NCBI GenBank assembly: GCA_951406725.2
Contig: OX597840.1
Coordinates: 868,001-932,000, forward strand
DNA length: 64,000 nucleotides
Direction of reading: 5' to 3'
DNA from: Octopus vulgaris
Taxonomy: Eukaryota
Positions 56,123 through 64,000 of this stretch are shown piece by piece. The translations under genes and the position numbers were made by a program. Under the pieces are notes generated by a model. The model saw only the letters and a program-made list of their open reading frames with translations, did no database searches and had not been told where the DNA came from. Each line of letters starts with the position of its first letter. Within the stretch, counting starts at the first letter, position 1.

Positions 56123-56183
56123 GATAACTGAAGAGATGGCGGCGTGGGTTTCCCCCTCGGCATCCGAAACTGGGAGTTTTATC
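56123..56183 (+). ncRNA. Type I hammerhead ribozyme motif (family H6), partly duplicated in inverted orientation at 56003-56074
   Basis: GATAA-CTGAAGA-GATG...CATCC-GAAA-CTGGGAG-TT-TTATC. The inverted copy preserves GAAACTCGGAGTT. Confidence 0.68.
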
Positions 56184-56515
56184 ATGGCTACCGAATAATT
56201 GTCACATATTACATTTACAGATAAATTCCTCTATTTACATAATATCGAGGTCTCTTTCTTTTGTTGTCTTTACCGGCTCCTTACCCTGAGTTTGGATTTT
56301 TATTCGCATTCATAGCAAATGGATTTAATAACCTTAGCGCTCTATAATATTATTTTTAGCGTATACAATTCGGAAAACGCCTACACTAGTCCACGCAAAT
56401 AAGTTATCATTGTTCTGGAACGTTGTTTCTGGTATACTCGCCACGAACTTCTCGAAGCTCACAAATTTTCTTCACTTAGATCCTTGGATCTTATATTATA
56501 ATATGCGTGTGTGTG

Positions 56516-56580
<65 letters not shown>

Positions 56581-56584
<4 letters not shown>

Positions 56585-56733
56585 TAAATTAGAGACAAAA
56601 CCACTATTAGGCAAATCATAATAGTGGTTTTGTCTTTAATTTAATATAATATAATATTTTACTATAAAATTGGATTCAATCCTAAATCTGATTTTTCCCT
56701 GTAAGTTTGGATTTATTCCCTAATTTTTATTAT

Positions 56734-56740
<7 letters not shown>
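56581..56740 (+). mobile_element. PLE-like terminal cassette (same terminus as 14420) with a 29-bp-arm hairpin
   Basis: ATATTAAATTAGAGACAAAACCACTATTA / GGCAAATCA / TAATAGTGGTTTTGTCTTTAATTTAATAT, with (TA)n on both sides. Confidence 0.7.
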
Positions 56741-56786
<46 letters not shown>

Positions 56787-57004
56787 TATAGATCTTAAAC
56801 GATACTAAGCCCAACCACACACAGAGATTAACAGCCACAACCAGACACACAGACACACACAGACACACGTACTATCATTACGCACACACACACAGACGTA
56901 CGCCCACGTATATACCCATACATACACACACATACCCCCTTCTCTTGCACTTTCTTGTCTTTGAAAGGACTTTTTCTTCACCCATTCCCTTTCCGGTCAT
57001 TCAA

Positions 57005-57210
57005 TATGTGACCACGTCTGTATCGTTGGCGATTTTCTTCCGCCGTCTTCCCTTCCTTGGATCTTTCCCTTTTCTAAGTTTCTGACGAAGAGTTCCGCTC
57101 GAAACGTTAAATCCTCCTTCCTTCTTTCCTATCCTGAGCGTCCAATAACACTATACTTGTTCCACGTCCTCGATTTGTTGTGGTTTCTCATTGTTCACGT
57201 TTGGATTAAC
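57005..57210 (+). mobile_element. Family H3 element with the best-preserved hammerhead, ending in (TA)n
   Basis: GTTT-CTGACGA-AGAGTTCCGCTC-GAAA-CGTT-AAAT at 57078-57112. Confidence 0.75.
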
Positions 57211-57223
57211 TATATATATACAC

Positions 57224-57333
<110 letters not shown>

Positions 57334-57563
57334 GTGTATGCTTGTATAAATATAATATGAGTGAGTCCGTATGTGGTTTTGACATACGTACATGCTTTGC
57401 AGTGTTTACTTGTTTGCGCATGCGTGTACACGTCAGTACGCTCAATCCCTTGAGGAATCACTTCAAGTCGTCTGCTAAAATCAAGATGTCCAACTTCATC
57501 AACCGACGTAAAAAACTACCGATCTTAAAATGCTGCCATAAACCGAACTTCTTTTCTCTGTCG

Positions 57564-57679
<116 letters not shown>

Positions 57680-58004
57680 ATGTGTGCGTGCGTGTGTGTG
57701 TGTCTGTGTGTGTGTGTATGTGTGTGTGTTCCCTTTTATTCTTTCTTTCTTTCTTTCTCTCTCTCTCTTCTGTCTCTCTTTGACTGCGTATTTTCTGACA
57801 TATCCTGTTTCGTGGCCATCTGGGATGTTCAGCGACAAACAGACAAATGTGAATTAACTCAACACATAGTAAAACACAAATATGCGTGTGGAAACACACA
57901 CACACACAGAGACAGAGACACACACACATACACACACAGCATATATTTGTGTGAAGAGATATTTATAAACAAATTCATATATATACATACAAACACAGAC
58001 ACAG

Positions 58005-58035
<31 letters not shown>

Positions 58036-58318
58036 CGTGTGTGTACGTATGCGTGAGTGTATAGATAATGACGAATACAGACACATCTACATCACATATG
58101 CAGATATATACACACGTACATATATTTATGTATATATACAAATATATGTATACACACACACATACATATATTATACATACATACACACACACAGACATGA
58201 CAGAATTAAATAGACATACCATAAAACACCGTTTTACGTTTATTCTGACTTGTAAAGGCTTATATTTTATTAATTGAGATATTTTTATGTTTCAGGTTCT
58301 ATATGTGACTGTTTAATC

Positions 58319-58785
58319 ATGTCATATACAAAAGGAACCTTGGAAATGTCCGGATTTCAAAGTGGTCGTATAGTCGGTCAATCTGAAGGAGGACATAGTC
58401 AGCGTAAAATCTCAGCAAACCTTGTGGTCCCACTTTCTACAGATAATTGAGTGAGTTTGCAGTTCACCAGAGAGGAGAAAGAGTCCACATCACCTCTCAC
58501 AGATCAACCAGGTCCCTCTGACAGGATCCTTATTTTTGCTAAGAGAAATGTGGAGGATAATCCTCGTCGCAAGGCCTCTGATGTAGGAGATACAGCTGCC
58601 AGGTATCTCCACAAACTTGATTATCATGGCAGAGAAGCATGAAGGAAGCCACTTCTTCGAGCAGCCAACATCAAATGGAGAAAAGATTGGGCCAATGAGA
58701 TGGTAGAGAGGCCACTAGCATTTTGGACAGTGACATTTTCTCTGATGAGTCCAGATTTGCTGTATTTCTTAACAGTGGTCATCGT
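58319..58785 (+). pseudogene. Tc1-family transposase relic (HTH region to first catalytic Asp)
   Basis: FQSGRIVGQSEGGHSQRKISANL (HTH), VEDNPR, RKPLL..ANIKWRKDWA and FSDESRF, with in-frame stops and a frameshift. Confidence 0.8.
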
Positions 58786-58896
58786 ATAAAATTATGTGTA
58801 TTAACTGTCGCATTAGAGCGTTTAGCTCTTCTGGCAATGTAGGCGTCTCTAAGAATCTCTCTCATGTTTAATGATGGCTACACACATACATATGTA

Positions 58897-58959
<63 letters not shown>

Positions 58960-59002
58960 AGTAAAGGGTAAAGAGTACATATATATATATATATATATAT
59001 GT

Positions 59003-59420
59003 ACTCTTTACTCTTTACTCTTTTACTTGTTTCAGTCATTTGACTGCGGTCATGCTGGAGCACCGCCTATAGTCGAGCAAATCGACCCCGGGACTTATTC
59101 TTTGTAAGCCCAGTACTTATTCTATCGGTCTTTTTTGCCGAACCGCTAAGTGACGGGGACGTAAACACACCAGCATCGGTTGTCAAGCAATGCTAGGGGG
59201 ACAAACACAGACACACAAACATATATATACACCTACATATATATATATATACATATATACGACAGGCTTCTTTCAGTTTCCGTCTACCAAATCCACTCAC
59301 AAGGCAATGGTCGGCCCGAGGCTATAGCAGAAGACACGTGCCCAAGTTGCCACGCAGTGGGACTGAACCCGGAACCATGTGGTTGATAAGCAAGCTACTT
59401 ACCACACAGTCACTCCTGCG

Positions 59421-59424
<4 letters not shown>
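59003..59424 (-). mobile_element. SINE family B
   Basis: Full length, with a tandem CTCTTTTA tail. Confidence 0.9.
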
Positions 59425-59470
<46 letters not shown>

Positions 59471-59487
59471 TACAAGGGAAAATACAC

Positions 59488-59587
<100 letters not shown>

Positions 59588-60068
59588 CAAACAACAATCT
59601 CAACATACAAATATAGGATCTGGAAAATCAAACACAGTTTACGAAGAAAAACCAACAAAAATATATTTTTAAAAAGAGGGAAAAAGATGCACTGGATCCT
59701 CTCTCATGCTAGAGGAAGATTCAGTCTAACAGCTTCCGGTTTCTTGATATATGGTTCTATGATGACGTTGCATCACCTGCTCTCATTTCCTCGTATTTCA
59801 GCAAGGGACAATTGGAACAACTACATGTCCACAGGAAAGAGGTGAAGCAGAATGTGTTAAGAAGCGGACGGAATATTGATTAGATTTACCAGAGTGAGTC
59901 AACAACGAACAGAAACAGCCTCACAAATGCAAGCCCAAGTATGTATATACACGAACAGACGTATATCAGTCACGCCTGTGAGATGTACGCTTAATATACA
60001 TGTAAAGAGACGCAAACACATACATACACTCACCGATATATAGATAGATATGGATATATAATTACATA

Positions 60069-60233
60069 TAGGCGCAGGAGTGGCTGTGTGGTAAGTAGCT
60101 TGCTAACCAACCACATGGTTCCGGGTTCAGTCCCAGTGCGTGGCATCTTGGGCAAATGTCTTCTACTATAGCCTCGGGCCGACCAAAGCCTTGTGAGTGG
60201 ATTTGGTAGCCGGAAACTGAAAGAAGCCCGTTG

Positions 60234-60264
<31 letters not shown>

Positions 60265-60455
60265 TTGTGTGTCTGTGTTTGTCTCCCCTATCATTGCTTG
60301 ACAACCGATGCTGGTGTGTTTACGTCCCCGTTACTTAGCGGTTCGGTAAAAGAGACCGATAGAATAAGTACTGGGCTTACAAAGAATAAGTCCCGGGTAT
60401 GATTTGCTCGACTAAAGGCAGTGCTCCAGCATGGCCGCAGTCAAATAACTGAAAA
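60069..60455 (+). mobile_element. SINE family B
   Basis: GGCGCAGGAGTGGCTGTGTGGTAAG...GGGTTCAGTCCC head and full body. Confidence 0.9.
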
Positions 60456-60477
60456 AGTTTTAAAAAAAATATATATA

Positions 60478-60945
60478 CGAGCAAAACGCTCCCCCCACCG
60501 TCCAATGGACGGTGCTGACTTATCAAACATTTAAACCAAATTTTCCCAAAATAACTTGTCCGACCGTCCCATAGGCGTTCCTTTTGACAAACACAGATTT
60601 AGCCTAAATTTGAGACACCAGCAAAAGAAGAAATAAAGATAGACTTATGTTCCATTCCAAAGAAAACCGATTTTATTCACACAAATATACACTCGAAGAG
60701 TTTAAAGTAACAGTAAGTACGTCGCAACAGGTGATGTACTTGCGCGTAAAAATACACGTTCCCACGGCTTTATCGATCGCATTCTCACCTGGTATCGATT
60801 TTTGTAATTTTTTCAAGACTTATACTCGCCCTGATACCGTCGGTATTCACGTACCAAATTTGAGCGCACTCAGATGCAGGCTGTCTGAGATCCTATAAGA
60901 ACACACAGGCAGACAGACAAAACGGATTTTATATATTATATATAT
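60478..60945 (-). mobile_element. Probable non-autonomous Helitron-like element
   Basis: The minus strand starts TATATAAAATCCGTTTTGTCTGTCTG, similar to the start of the 34388 element. It ends with hairpin CACCGTCCATTGGACGGTG and CTCG|T rather than CTAG. Confidence 0.55.
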
Positions 60946-60954
60946 ATATATATA

Positions 60955-61295
60955 AAATTTATATAAATAAGGAGTAGGATTGTTAATTATCGATCTTATC
61001 AAGTGGCCAGCATGGGAATAAAAGCATTCAAAGGTAAAAATTTTAATTAAAATTATAATTTAGGGTATCTAAGAGATACTACCATGCTGAAAATAGCAGC
61101 CAAATCTTGACTCTAAAACCACATAGATGTCCAAACAGCACCAGAAGAGAAGACAAAAGGACAAAATAAAGCATTTCTTATGCAAAGACAGAAATCCGGG
61201 ATCTGGAATTATCCACAAATTTTTTGCTAGTTTATTTTTTCCTTTTATCTCTTAGATAATTTAGGGTATCGCTTAGATACCCTAAATTATAATCT
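60955..61295. mobile_element. Family H4 cassette, rearranged, with terminal hairpin
   Basis: Homologous to 26111-26580. ATAATTTAGGGTATC-GCTTA-GATACCCTAAATTAT hairpin at ~61256-61291. Confidence 0.7.
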
Positions 61296-61558
61296 CATAT
61301 ATATATATATATATATATAATGTATGTTGAAAAGTTTGCAAGAGGCAACGAAGATTTTAGGAAAATAAAAATAAGAAATAAGTGGTAATTTTACCGGTCA
61401 GTGTTTTAAATTATAAGGCACAAAAAGAAAAGGATTCTCACCAGAATATGCTTCAACGCACAAACTCACATAAAGAATTTTGCAAACCAAATCCCAAAAG
61501 TATATGTATAACTAGATACACACTAATAATATTTGTTTGTTAATTTTTTATTGGCGGG

Positions 61559-61625
<67 letters not shown>

Positions 61626-62217
61626 AGACAGGTATATATAATACCAGGCAGGATTTTCAATTTACATCTCGGTACACGTGTATATTCGGAATAATTCAGC
61701 ACTGACTATATTCCGGCTAAATTTAAAATTAAATATAACGATAAAATCCATTTAACAATTTATCAAGTAGTCAGCAGGAAACAAGTTCAGGAAAAATTTA
61801 TACAAAATGTATAATTAATTTATTCCCTTTTAAATGCATTTATTATATTTAAGCGCATTACTACACGTAAATACATCCTGATATACATGACTCCTAAAGT
61901 CAAAGCTACCTTAATAACTATATGGTATAACGACAGCGAGGGTTTGTGAATTTTGTACATTTTTATGTGTCATGATTACGCGTGCACTGACGATTAGGAA
62001 GTGGATTATGTACACTAATTATGGAATCATGTGTCTTGACACTGAATCAGATTTTAAGAGAAAACTTCAAAGTTGCATCACCTTGCTGTCGGTACTCTGT
62101 ATATTTATGATGGTAGTTTTGACTTTAAGAGTCCCTTATAGCGTGAGGCATTTACGCGTAGTAATGCCATTCATATAATATATATATAATATGTACACCT
62201 CCCATATATATATATGT

Positions 62218-62286
<69 letters not shown>

Positions 62287-62624
62287 CCTATATACATTCA
62301 TAATTTAAGTGTAGTAGGAAAAGCAATTTATATCTATTTATATATTCTCTCCTCATCATTAAGAGAATGTACATTTTTGTTTCCTATGAGTATGAATGTA
62401 TGTATGTATGCATGTATATATACATACACACATAGATACATACATACAAACACATATATACATTTATATATATAAATATATATATATATGTATATATATA
62501 TACATATATATACATTTACATTTGTATGTATGCTATTATATATATTTGCATGTATATATGCGTATACATAGGCACACACAGAAACGCACACACATGAATA
62601 CATATATATATATATATTTATGTA

Positions 62625-62685
<61 letters not shown>

Positions 62686-63433
62686 TGTGCATATATATGT
62701 AAACATATATATATATATATATATATGTTGCCTAATTACATACATCTATATATGTGTTGTTTTGGATGTGGTTGTGTCCATATACACATATTTATTTGTA
62801 AAACTATACAAATACACATATCTGTGTACGTTTGTGTGTCTGTATATAGGTAGCGACACGTACACATGGAGAAACCTACACACTCCATAATACAAATGTC
62901 ATCTTTCATGGACACATACACCCACAGGCAGCTTTGGTCATATACGCCATTACTTGTTTGACCTGAATGGCTGGGGCTCTGTTGTAACACCATCTATAAG
63001 CAAAACTCTATATCATAGTCTGCAGTCTCTGCGTTTCCCTTCATCATTAATTCAAAATGCATAACAGACAAAATTACGCCCGCCAATAATGACTATCACA
63101 TATGAAAATTCATCATCCAGACTTTCATGTTGTTGATCACTATTGTTTTTGTTCTTATGAATCGTGAAGAAAATATATTCAAATTCGTTGGCTAACTGAC
63201 GTCTTTATTGTTACATGACGTGTATGTGCGCTGTATAATATATACGCACACACAAACATGTATATATATATATACATATATACATATATATATACATATA
63301 TATATGTACACACAAATACATATATATAAAATATACAATTGTATGTATACGTATATATATGTATATATGTATATATATGTGTGTGTATATATATATGTAT
63401 ATATATATATATATGTATATATGTATATATATG

Positions 63434-63516
<83 letters not shown>

Positions 63517-63651
63517 GCGACCTCACTTTGTTTTAAAAGACTGAAGTATTTCTATGAGAATTTACACGCATCTCCTCATTGATATGTATGTATGTGTATA
63601 CATACATACATACACACACAATATATATATATATATATATATATACATATG

Positions 63652-63688
<37 letters not shown>

Positions 63689-63932
63689 GAATATATGTAT
63701 GCATGTACATATATATGTATATATATATATGTTTGTGTGTGTGTGTGTGCATATGTGTGTATGTGCTTCTGTATATTTAAGTATGTGTACATATTGATAT
63801 ATTTCTATATGTCTATCTATTTAGCTCTGTCTCTGTGTGTCTGTCTGTCTGTCTATCTATCTATCTCTCTATCTTGCTCACTATCTCTCTGCCTACCTAT
63901 CTCTCTCCCCCTCTCTCTCTATACATATATAC

Positions 63933-63986
<54 letters not shown>

Positions 63987-64000
63987 ACGCCATGTGACCA

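Overview
AT-rich, repeat-saturated animal DNA with no recognisable host protein-coding exon. The microsatellite load and SINE types suggest a cephalopod such as Octopus (inference). Almost all listed ORFs are read-throughs of (TA)n, (TAA)n, (CA)n and (TAG)n tracts. Identifiable content: one young 5'-truncated RTE-type LINE with an open RT frame, plus a second short copy; five R4/Dong-type (RLE endonuclease) LINE fragments bordered by (TAA)n or (TAG)n; Penelope-like (PLE) RT and GIY-YIG remnants; a Tc1 transposase relic; two Helitron-like elements; a TIR element containing CCCTAA repeats; an LTR with polypurine tract; several tRNA-derived SINE families; and a 5'-truncated tRNA-Trp(CCA) inside (TA)n. 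Two systems stand out. (1) At least eight type I hammerhead-ribozyme motifs from about six sequence families sit in short non-coding cassettes that abut (TA)n and often carry fold-back inverted duplications; four lie within 55.7-57.2 kb. (2) A ~550-bp non-coding element, present five times, always sits in (TAA)n and shares its 3' terminus with a Dong-type LINE, suggesting a microsatellite-targeted non-autonomous partner. All calls were made by eye and coordinates may be off by a few bases.
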